From: an uncultured delta proteobacterium
GTDB lineage: Bacteria; Desulfobacterota; Binatia; UBA9968
DNA: 64,000 nt
Reading direction: 5' to 3'
Assembly: GCA_963760795.1 (NCBI GenBank)
Contig: CAVXEP010000001.1
Coordinates: 32,001 to 96,000 of the forward strand
The translations under genes and the position numbers were made by a program. Of this stretch, positions 40,461 to 48,929 are shown piece after piece. Every line of letters begins with the position of its first letter. Positions within the stretch are counted from its first letter, which is position 1. The notes under the pieces are model-generated. The model did not search any database and had not been told where the DNA came from. It saw nothing but the letters and a program-made list of their open reading frames with translations.

Positions 40461-41224
40461 GCGAAGTCACTTACACCGATTCCGAGATGATGATCGCGGT
40501 GGCGGCGCGCATGTTGAAAGGAGCGCGCACGGTTTTCGTCGGCGTCGGTTTGCCCAATGTCGCCTGCAACCTCGCGCGCTACACGGTCGCGCCTGACTTG
40601 GAGTTGATTTACGAATCCGGTGTCTACGGCGCCCGTCCGGAGCGGCTGCCGCTTTCGATCGGCGATCCCACCTTGGTGAGCGGAGCGACATCGGTGGTCT
40701 CCATGGCGGATCTGTTTGGGTTGTACTTGCAAGGGGGGTTGGTCGAGATCGCGCTCCTCGGCGGCGCCCAGATCGACCGCTACGGCAATCTCAACTCCAC
40801 GGTCATCGGCGACTATGCCAAACCGAAGACGCGACTGCCGGGAAGCGGCGGCGCCTTGGAAATCGCTACCAATGCGCAACGCACGTTCATGATCATGCGT
40901 CTTAAGCGCCGTGCGTTTGTCGGCAAGCTCGATTTTCTCACCAGCCCAGGCCACTTGACCGGTGGTGACAGCCGCGCTCGGTTGGGCTTGCCCGGCGGCG
41001 GGCCGGAAATCGTGATCACCGACAAAGCTGTCTTGAATTTCGCTAACCCGGAGCGCGAAATGCAGCTTAACGCCCTCTATCCAGGCGTGACGGCAGAAGA
41101 CGTGCAGGCCGAGGTCGGCTGGCCGCTGCGTTTAGCCGAGACGATCGAAGAAATCACCGCGCCGACGAGTGAAGAGCTGCATTTGATCCGCGACGAAGTC
41201 GACCCCGACGCTATGTACCGTTGA
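40457..41224 (+). CDS. pcaJ: 3-oxoadipate CoA-transferase subunit B (CatJ/GctB-type)
   Basis: FVGVGLP, LIYESG, LPLSIGD, GAQIDRYGNLNST, RLPGSGGA. Confidence 0.87.
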   Translation: MSEVTYTDSEMMIAVAARMLKGARTVFVGVGLPNVACNLARYTVAPDLELIYESGVYGARPERLPLSIGDPTLVSGATSVVSMADLFGLYLQGGLVEIALLGGAQIDRYGNLNSTVIGDYAKPKTRLPGSGGALEIATNAQRTFMIMRLKRRAFVGKLDFLTSPGHLTGGDSRARLGLPGGGPEIVITDKAVLNFANPEREMQLNALYPGVTAEDVQAEVGWPLRLAETIEEITAPTSEELHLIRDEVDPDAMYR

Positions 41225-41261
41225 ATACGAAAACAGCCACTGGAGCATTTTGCTGATTTCA

Positions 41262-41395
41262 CGATCTGCGGCGCGGCGATGAAAATATTTCCTCGGAGGA
41301 AGTCGAGCGCGTGCTCAATTCTCATCCGCAGGTCGCCGAGTCGGCGGTGATCGCCGTGTCTGATTCGCGGCGAGGAAGTGAAAGCGTACATCCTC
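41262..41395 (+). pseudogene. Remnant of acyl-CoA synthetase C-terminal domain
   Basis: RRGDENISSEEVERVLNSHPQVAESAVIAV...GEEVKAYI, without start or N-terminal domain. Confidence 0.7.
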
Positions 41396-41422
41396 TTTCT
41401 CGAAAACCAGATTGCAATAACT

Positions 41423-43300
41423 CTAGTTGCAAATCATCAAACGACAATCGTGGGGCAATTTCTTCATCAACCCTTTGATCACATGGCCGCGCAGCATGTG
41501 GTAGAAGGCTGAGCGGCGCGATGCGCCGATGATCACTGAATCGACGTCGAGGGCTTTGGCGGCGTTGGCGATCGCTTCGGCGGCGTTGTGCGACACCGAC
41601 CAGATTGGCAGGATCTCGATTCCCCTATCGCGCACGGCCTGTAACACCGCTTTTAGAGTTTGGACTCCCTGTTCATTGGGCGCATGGGGCGTTTTCCCGG
41701 CAAACAAACCGGGCCATTCTTCCACGTAAATGCAATAGAGCGCCGACTCTCCCTTGCCTCTTACGCGGGTGATCGCTTCTTGCACCAAACCGGGGCTCTG
41801 ATCACGCAATGCCAATAAGGTTGACGACGAGTAGAGCGGCTTGACGTCAACCGCCTCAGATAGTGTCATTAATCCTTTCAACTCATCTTCCACCAGGTTT
41901 TCCGACGCGTGGTAGGCGCGCGCTTGTAGACGCTGGATGAAGGGAACCTGCACCAGAATGTCGAGGAACCACGCACGACGGACACCGACAGCGGTAAGCA
42001 TGCCGATCAACGTGATCGCGCCACCGAAGTAAGTGGCCAGCGGTTTCTCCACGATATTGATCGCCCAGGCCACCGCGACCATCAAGGTCGTGAAGACGCC
42101 GATCCAGAATCCAAGATCGCGTCGGCCGAGCCTCCATCGAATAGAATCGAGACTCAATGAAGAAAAAACAAAGGCGCCGAGTAGTCCGAAGGCATACATA
42201 TCGCCCAAGATCTTCATTTGACCGCCCGACCCAACGATAACGACCATCGGTAGGAGAGTTGCCAAGACGACGGCAATATGCGGTGAATTAAACGCATTGT
42301 TGCGAAGCGCGATGACTCGCGGCAAAAAACCGCCATTCACGAGGGCGAGAAACACATGGTAGGAGCCGATGATCGCGGTGTTGGAGGCGAACAGCAGTAA
42401 GCTTGAAGCGGTCAAAACCACAGCGAGCTTGAGGCCCAGCCCGCCGACGATCATGCCCAATTGCGATATGAATCTCTCGCTTTCGGTCGCCTTGAAGTGC
42501 TCGGGCAAAAGGCCGATGGACAGAGCGGTGAGGACCGGCGCAGTGATGACCATGGTGACTATCACCGCTGTCATGGCCCAGCGAGTAGTGCGCCGCAGGG
42601 GAAATTTCATGGTTGGACTCAACTGGCTGATGCTTTCCAAACCGGAAAACGCCAGCCAAGCCGAAGAAAATCCGACCAGCAGCTCATAGTGAGAGATTCC
42701 TTTGCCGGTGCCTAGACGGCTGAGAACCGTGCTCCACTGTGCGCCGTCCATGGTGATCAACGCCATGGCGATGACTACCATGTTGACGAAAAACGAAGCG
42801 CAGGCCATGACCATCGCCACGGCGGCGCTCTCGCGAATGCCGACGATGTTGAGCGCGGCCAAGACTCCGACGCCCGTACAGGCGAGCAAAACGATATGGG
42901 CGTCCAACGCCGGGAAGGCGCTGCCAACATATTGAAAGCCCGCAACCGCCGAGATCGCGGTGGTCAGAAAATAGTCCACCGTGATCAGCATGCCGCCCAG
43001 GCAGCCCCAAATCGGGCCGAAGGCTTTGGTCGTGATCGTCACGACGCCGCCACCCTCGGGGTTGCGCCAGGAGATTTCGATGTATTTAAGCGATAGCAGG
43101 ATGAAGCCGCCGGTGGTCAAGAGCACAAAAAACGGCGTAGCGTCTTTGACATGGCCGTAAAGAATGCCCGGGACATAATAAACCGAGGTGCCGATATCGC
43201 AGAACACCACTGCCCAGGCCAAAAACCAATTGAGTTGCCGAGTGTCGCGAGTCGGTTTCATGCCGCGCGGTTGTGATAAGCGTTCAGCCATTTTTCGCAT
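41423..43300 (-). CDS. APC-family permease with C-terminal USP-like domain (KimA/YdaO-like K+ transporter)
   Basis: DIGTSVYY, PEGGG, DYFLT, AFSGLESIS, YAFG; USP-like tail. Confidence 0.8.
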   Translation of the reverse strand: MRKMAERLSQPRGMKPTRDTRQLNWFLAWAVVFCDIGTSVYYVPGILYGHVKDATPFFVLLTTGGFILLSLKYIEISWRNPEGGGVVTITTKAFGPIWGCLGGMLITVDYFLTTAISAVAGFQYVGSAFPALDAHIVLLACTGVGVLAALNIVGIRESAAVAMVMACASFFVNMVVIAMALITMDGAQWSTVLSRLGTGKGISHYELLVGFSSAWLAFSGLESISQLSPTMKFPLRRTTRWAMTAVIVTMVITAPVLTALSIGLLPEHFKATESERFISQLGMIVGGLGLKLAVVLTASSLLLFASNTAIIGSYHVFLALVNGGFLPRVIALRNNAFNSPHIAVVLATLLPMVVIVGSGGQMKILGDMYAFGLLGAFVFSSLSLDSIRWRLGRRDLGFWIGVFTTLMVAVAWAINIVEKPLATYFGGAITLIGMLTAVGVRRAWFLDILVQVPFIQRLQARAYHASENLVEDELKGLMTLSEAVDVKPLYSSSTLLALRDQSPGLVQEAITRVRGKGESALYCIYVEEWPGLFAGKTPHAPNEQGVQTLKAVLQAVRDRGIEILPIWSVSHNAAEAIANAAKALDVDSVIIGASRRSAFYHMLRGHVIKGLMKKLPHDCRLMICN

Positions 43301-43481
43301 TCTTATAAAACAAAATTCGAACGAAACCGCTACTCATTTAAGAAAGTTCTTAAGATCATGCAATAGCCCCACGGCGCTTTGCCGTTTGCAGCGATTTATC
43401 GAGAATTTACTCTAAGGGTGAATTTACCTTTCACCGGTGATTTAATTGCTCTTTTGCAGCATGGATGGTTAGTATGAGCGG

Positions 43482-43964
43482 ATGAATGCGGGGAAGCCGG
43501 TATGGCTGAAAGCGCCGTTCAATGCGCTTCCGGCGACAAACATAAAACTGCTGCTTCATCCGACCGACCTGACGCAGGGCTCCGAGAAGGCGTTTGCCGT
43601 CGCTGTGAGTCTCGCCAGACAACATGGTGCCGAGTTGATTATCGCCCATGCCTTGCCGCCGCCCACACCGCTCTTTGAAAGCGAATCTCCGCATCGGGCT
43701 CAAGCCGAAGCCGCTCTCGCACGCTTGGCGGATGTTGCCGCGGAGTCTGGCGTGTCGGCGCGACGAATCTTGATCGACAGCACCGCCCCGGTGAGCCATA
43801 GCATCGTGCGCTGCGCGGAGGATGTCCATGCCGACATGATCGTCATGGGCACCGCTGGCAAAACCGGCATCATCCGATGGCTGGTTGGAAGTCATGCGGC
43901 CAGGGTTATCGCTCGCGCCCAATGTCCGGTGGTGGTTGTGCGCGCGGGCGCGACGCGCTGCTGA
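43482..43964 (+). CDS. Universal stress protein
   Basis: LLHPTD, ADMIVMGT.G, LVGS.A..V...AQCPVVVV. Confidence 0.9.
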   Translation: MNAGKPVWLKAPFNALPATNIKLLLHPTDLTQGSEKAFAVAVSLARQHGAELIIAHALPPPTPLFESESPHRAQAEAALARLADVAAESGVSARRILIDSTAPVSHSIVRCAEDVHADMIVMGTAGKTGIIRWLVGSHAARVIARAQCPVVVVRAGATRC

Positions 43965-43992
43965 CCAGCGAAAAAGAGATTGCGTAAAACCG

Positions 43993-46005
43993 ATGGATCA
44001 AGCAAACAAAAAATCATTCACAGAACTGTTGTTGGGAAAAGCCAAGGATCCGCTCGATCCGAAAGTGTTCCATCAAATCTCGTTGGTGGCTTTCCTCGCC
44101 TGGGTTGGACTCGGCGCCGACGGCTTGAGCTCTTCGGCCTATGGTCCGGAAGAAGCCTATCTGGCGCTGGGACAGCATTATCATCTGGCTTTGTTGCTTG
44201 TAATTATGATGGCCGCCACGGTCTTCATCATTTCCGCCAGCTATGCGCAGATCATCGAGCTGTTTCCGACCGGCGGCGGCGGTTATCTGGTCGCGACCAA
44301 ATTGCTCGGCTCGCGGGCGGGCCTGGTGTCGGGGTCGGCGCTGGTGGTCGACTACATGTTGACGATTACCATTTCGATCGCCAGCAGCACCGATGCGATG
44401 TTCAGTTTTCTTCCGATGGCGTTGGCCCCTTACAAGTTCGCCGTTGCGGTGCTGCTGATCTTCGCGCTGATTTTTCTCAATCTGCGCGGTGTCAGGGAAT
44501 CGGTGCTGTTCTTGCTGCCGATTTTTCTGCTGTTCATCGTCATGCATATCGTCGTAATCACGATGGGCATCATCCCGCACGCCGCCGATATGCCAGCACT
44601 GGCGGCGAACACGTACCGGGAAGTTAACCGCGATGTTCAAGGAATTGGCTTGCTTGCCACGCTGGGAATTCTCCTCCACGCCTACAGCTTGGGCGGCGGC
44701 ACCTATACCGGAATCGAGGCGGTGAGCAACGGTTTGCAGATCTTGCGCGAACCCCGTGTCCTCACCGGCAAAAAGACCATGCTTTACATGGCGATTTCAC
44801 TCGCTTTCACCGCCGGCGGCATCCTGCTCTGTTACTTGCTCAACCGCGTGATGCACGAGCCGGGGAAAACGCTCAACGCAAGTCTCTTCGCCAATATCTA
44901 CGGGATATTTTTTGGCGGCGATACAACGACCACGGCGGCCTTGGTGATCGTCACGCTGATCACCGAAGCTGCGATATTGATTGTCGCCGCCCAGGCAGGC
45001 TTTCTCGACGGCCCGCGGGTGCTCTCCAATATGTCGCTCGACTCCTGGACGCCGCATCGTTTGTCCCACTTGAGCGACCAGCTAGTCACGCGTAACGGCG
45101 TCTGGTTCATGGGCATCGCGTCGCTCGGATTTTTGGCCTACAGCCACGGCGAAGTGAAGCTGTTGGTGATCATGTACAGCATCAACGTGTTTCTGACCTT
45201 TACCTTGTCGCAGCTGGGCATGTGCCGGCATTGGTGGCAGGTGCGCCGGAGCGCCGAGCCTTGGCGCATGAAGCTGGCGGTCAATGGCTTGGGTTTGCTT
45301 TCGACCAGCACGATACTTTGCGTCACGGTGGCGACGAAATTTCTCGAAGGCGGCTGGCTGACGGTCGTCGTGACCTTGAGTTTCGTAATGGTTTGCCAGG
45401 CGGTGCGCTGGCACTACGAGAAGGTTCAGCGAGCTCTAAAAACCCTCGACGACACGCTTTTGGGCATTCCCTTCCAACCGGATTTGAAAGCGCCGACGCC
45501 GGTGAAGAATGTCCAGGCGCCGACCGCCGCGATTATCGTGCGCGAGTTCGATGGTGTCGCGGTGCACACATTGCTGAACCTCCAACGGTTGTTCCCGAAT
45601 CACTATAAGAACATCGTCTTCGTTTCCGTCGGCGTGATCGATGCCGGCCAGTTCAAAGGCCATGCGGAAATGGAGAGTCTCCAGCGAAAAAAAGAAGAGG
45701 ACCTCAAGAGTTTCGTCGACTACGCAACCTGTTTGGGTTGGTACGCGGAGTATCGCTACGCGCTCGGCGTCGATCTGATCGACGAGCTGGAGCAAACTTG
45801 TAACTTGGTTGCCAAGGAATTTCCCCGCACGGTCTTCTTTAGCGGCAAGCTGGTTTTCGAGGAGGAGAGTGTGTTTACCCGGCTACTGCATAACCACACG
45901 CCTTATACCTTGCAGCAGAAACTCCAGTTCGCCGGCCGGGACATGATGATATTACCGATCCGGGTAACAACTCAGCAGAACGCTGCTAAGCGCGTCGCCG
46001 TCTAA
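43993..46005 (+). CDS. APC-family permease, KimA/YdaO-like K+ transporter
   Basis: GADGLSSSAYGPEE, FPTGGGGY, DYMLT, NLRGVRES, TGIEAVSNG, YSINVF..FTLSQ.GM. Confidence 0.85.
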   Translation: MDQANKKSFTELLLGKAKDPLDPKVFHQISLVAFLAWVGLGADGLSSSAYGPEEAYLALGQHYHLALLLVIMMAATVFIISASYAQIIELFPTGGGGYLVATKLLGSRAGLVSGSALVVDYMLTITISIASSTDAMFSFLPMALAPYKFAVAVLLIFALIFLNLRGVRESVLFLLPIFLLFIVMHIVVITMGIIPHAADMPALAANTYREVNRDVQGIGLLATLGILLHAYSLGGGTYTGIEAVSNGLQILREPRVLTGKKTMLYMAISLAFTAGGILLCYLLNRVMHEPGKTLNASLFANIYGIFFGGDTTTTAALVIVTLITEAAILIVAAQAGFLDGPRVLSNMSLDSWTPHRLSHLSDQLVTRNGVWFMGIASLGFLAYSHGEVKLLVIMYSINVFLTFTLSQLGMCRHWWQVRRSAEPWRMKLAVNGLGLLSTSTILCVTVATKFLEGGWLTVVVTLSFVMVCQAVRWHYEKVQRALKTLDDTLLGIPFQPDLKAPTPVKNVQAPTAAIIVREFDGVAVHTLLNLQRLFPNHYKNIVFVSVGVIDAGQFKGHAEMESLQRKKEEDLKSFVDYATCLGWYAEYRYALGVDLIDELEQTCNLVAKEFPRTVFFSGKLVFEEESVFTRLLHNHTPYTLQQKLQFAGRDMMILPIRVTTQQNAAKRVAV

Positions 46006-46531
46006 GACTCGACTTTGTCAGTGCGGGTTGAGTATCCCATGCTGTTTAATGAAATGATCTCACGAAGTGTAGGATAGACTTTTCGCGACGACCAAGCAGG
46101 CCGTGGCCAAGAATTCACTTTGTATTTACGCCACGACATCTGAATCGCGGGTCTTATGAGCTGGCCGAAGGTGCTACGATGGACGGCGAAACCGACGAGA
46201 ACCAAGCGGCTGCGATTTCCGATGTGGTTTCGCGGCTTGGTGTGTCCAACGTGCGCGCATTCGGTTTGACTTGGGAAGATTGCGTGCAATTACTGCGGCA
46301 AGTTGGTAACACTGCCCGCGTCGATATCGTGGCGGCGTAAAATGTCGGACTCCCCCTGCTCCAGCAAGTCCATCTCTTAAACGCAACCTTCCGGCGTCGC
46401 GCCGGACTGGAATTGACCAGTGTGTTGCCGAGAAGAAATGATCTTTCACGGTCTGACTCGCCCACCCTCAGTAACACCGTGCGTTGCTTTGTCGCCCAGC
46501 ATGCGTTAGCAAGTGAAATACAGTATTTCAA

Positions 46532-46873
46532 ATGTTGCCTTACCTCACAAATGACAAGCATCAACGTCCGCCCAGCAGGACTGTTGCACACCTGCTTTTG
46601 TTGCTGACTTTTCTATGGGCTTTTGTTGGAACCATCGATGGGCCTTCGGTGCAATTTGGCTCAAAGTCCGGCTATGAAGTTTACAAAACACCGAAGCTCG
46701 TCGACGGGGAACATAGCAAACAACCTACGCCGCTTTGGACCGGAGAATTTCTGGCAGACCCCCCAACGGTTCATGCCTCTTTTCTGTTGTTCGACTTCAA
46801 ACAAAACCTTCGTCGCTGGCCGAACGTAGCCGGCGATATCAGTCGCTCGCCGCCTTTCGTTCTCGCGGTTTAA
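46532..46873 (+). CDS. Putative leader protein: N-terminal TM plus C-terminal RSPP (RAPP-like arrest motif)
   Basis: LLLLLTFLWAFVG hydrophobic stretch; ends ISRSPPFVLAV; directly upstream of antiporter. Confidence 0.5.
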   Translation: MLPYLTNDKHQRPPSRTVAHLLLLLTFLWAFVGTIDGPSVQFGSKSGYEVYKTPKLVDGEHSKQPTPLWTGEFLADPPTVHASFLLFDFKQNLRRWPNVAGDISRSPPFVLAV

Positions 46874-46907
46874 GACTCCGCCTACTAGTTTCTATAAATT
46901 GAATCGT

Positions 46908-47016
46908 CCGACTGCCGCGTCGGTGCCTTTGATAATAGGCACTGAGCCGTGAGCTCCATCGGGCGACTGTAACGAAGTCGGCGCACCACCGCGTCGCGCT
47001 TCAGTAATGGAGCTAC
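46908..47016 (+). promoter_or_regulatory. Structured 5' leader sequestering the antiporter RBS
   Basis: AGCTCCAT (46952-46959) pairs with ATGGAGCT (47007-47014, contains GGAG SD); additional and alternative hairpins. Confidence 0.5.
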
Positions 47017-47019
47017 TTT

Positions 47020-48159
47020 ATGCAAAGAGTAATCATTTACAGCCTTTTGCTGGTCGCCGGCATGGTTTTGTCCCAATTGCCGATCGTTCAATCGTCCAAC
47101 ACCGCGTTCACGACTCTGACGATGATTTTCCTCGCCTACATCATGATCGAAGTGGGCATGGAGTTCGATATCGACAAGTCACACTTGGGCTCGTACGCAA
47201 TCGATTACGGCATCGCCATGGCCGCGCGGCGGTGCCCTGGCTGTGCGCGGCGCTTTATTTTTGGTGGTTCTTTAGCCTGGGTTTCAATGAGTCGTTGCTG
47301 GTCGGCAGGTTTGCTTCACCCACTTCGGCGGGAATTTTGTTTACCATGCTTGCCGCTGCTGGGCTGGCGACAACCTGGGTTTACAAAAAGGCACGCGTGC
47401 TGGCGATCTTCGACGATCTCGACACGGTGCTATTGATGATTCCGCTCAAGATGATGCTCATCGGCTTTGAGCCCAAGCTGCTCATCCTGATTTTCGCCGT
47501 GTTTCTGTTACTGGCGGCTGCCTATTTCTGCATCCACTGGCTGCCGGTGCCGACGACTAACGCGTGGATCGTTATTTACGCGCTTTTGGTCTGGGGCGTG
47601 ACTTACGCCTTTGACTATGTGACCGATTTGCACCTGGAAGTTTGGTGCCGGCATTTGCCCTCGGTTGCGTGATCAAGTCCGATCATCTGCACGGTTCGGC
47701 GGAATACGCCGACACAAACCATGGAGTGACCGCTCACGAATCCCCCGCACAGGCAATCTTGGACTGGGCGATCAAAGGCGGATTCATGTTGCTCGCGGGC
47801 ATGGCGCTGCCGCCGATTCAATTGGGCGGCTTGGCGGTCGTCGCTGTGCTCGCCCACGTGGTACTCATCACCGTCGCCAGCAACATCGGAAGTGCGTGCC
47901 CATGGTGGCGTACAGAGACGAAGCCACTCTACGCCAGCGCTTGGCGCTCAGTATCGGCATGTTCCCGCGGGGCGAGGTCGGCATCGGCGTTCTGCTGGTT
48001 TCGCTGGAACTCTTTCGCCAGCAGAACCTGCTCGACTCGCCCGCGGTTCAGCAAAGCATGACCATCGGCACGCTCAGCTTGGCGCTGAACCTGGCGCTAA
48101 CAGGAGTTTTCATCATGGCGGTGATCCGATTGCTGCGGACGCCAACCGCTTCGGCATAA
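47020..48159 (+). CDS. Cation:proton antiporter (CPA family), three frameshifts
   Basis: AYIMIEVGMEF, PTSAGILF, LAIFDDLD, SNIG, GMFPRGEVG across successive frames. Confidence 0.75.
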
Positions 48160-48506
48160 AAGCATGCTGCAGCAACTCTACCGTTAGGTCGGAAAGAGGC
48201 GGTTGGGGCCTGGAGGAGATTGGCGCCTGGCATACGAATCTTATCAATCTTGGATTTGATGCGAATGATGAACACACACCTCGCTGTTGATGAGAACTTG
48301 CAGAGGCGTTGCGGACGCAGCGGTTTTAGAGTTCCGCTCCTGAGTCGTTTACGACGCGACGCTTTCCGTTCCCTTCAAAGCCTCGGCGTCTCGTTCGATC
48401 TCTCCTTCTTCATTTTCAGAAACCTCACTCCATCTTGCGGCTGGTTTCAGGCGGTCACTGCAAAACTTCAGCTAATTCAAACCTAAAGCGCGACGAGCGG
48501 TTACCT

Positions 48507-48550
48507 TTGCATTTTGCAATCTGCGCAACGAGGCGTCGTGCAAATTGCCA
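48507..48550. promoter_or_regulatory. Tandem palindromic upstream activator sites
   Basis: TTGCATTTTGCAA (48507-48519) and GTGCAAATTGCCA (48538-48550), 31 bp apart, upstream of sigma54 promoter. Confidence 0.55.
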
Positions 48551-48602
48551 GGCGGTTGCCGGTTCTTCGGCAGAAACCGATGTGTTTTCGCGGCCTGCTA
48601 GG

Positions 48603-48617
48603 TGGCATATCGCTTGC
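48603..48617 (+). promoter_or_regulatory. sigma54 -24/-12 promoter of kdp operon
   Basis: TGGCATATCGCTTGC (GG-N10-GC) 43 nt before first small ORF. Confidence 0.8.
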
Positions 48618-48659
48618 GGTACCCGACTATAAAGGTCGTCAACTTTCAGGAGCGATCAA

Positions 48660-48743
48660 ATGGCTGACGTTATATTTATCCTAATCACCGCGCTGTTTTT
48701 CATCATCTCGTGGCTTTACGTTCGCGGGTGCGATCGTTTGTAA
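48660..48743 (+). CDS. 27-aa hydrophobic kdp-associated peptide (KdpG-like)
   Basis: RBS AGGAG; MADVIFILITALFFIISWLYVRGCDRL; not in ORF track. Confidence 0.75.
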   Translation: MADVIFILITALFFIISWLYVRGCDRL

Positions 48744-48752
48744 GAGGTCATC

Positions 48753-48842
48753 ATGGGAATCGAATACGTTATCGGCTTGGCCGTGTCGGTGGTCATTTTG
48801 GTGTACTTGGTTTATGCGCTGCTCTGGCCGGAAAAGTTCTGA
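48753..48842 (+). CDS. kdpF: K+-transporting ATPase subunit F
   Basis: RBS GAGG; MGIEYVIGLAVSVVILVYLVYALLWPEKF (YL.YALL.PEKF signature). Confidence 0.92.
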   Translation: MGIEYVIGLAVSVVILVYLVYALLWPEKF

Positions 48843-48929
48843 GGTCGGCAGCAGCGTAGGAACGAGACAATTCGCAGGTTCGCGAAGATTCTCTGAGCAA
48901 TTTTCAGTACTGCGAAGGCAGGAGAAGTT

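Noticed and set aside
48420-48500. c-di-AMP (ydaO) riboswitch upstream of kdp
   Set aside because: Only a short TCAGCTAA resemblance; the other conserved segments and pairing were not found by eye
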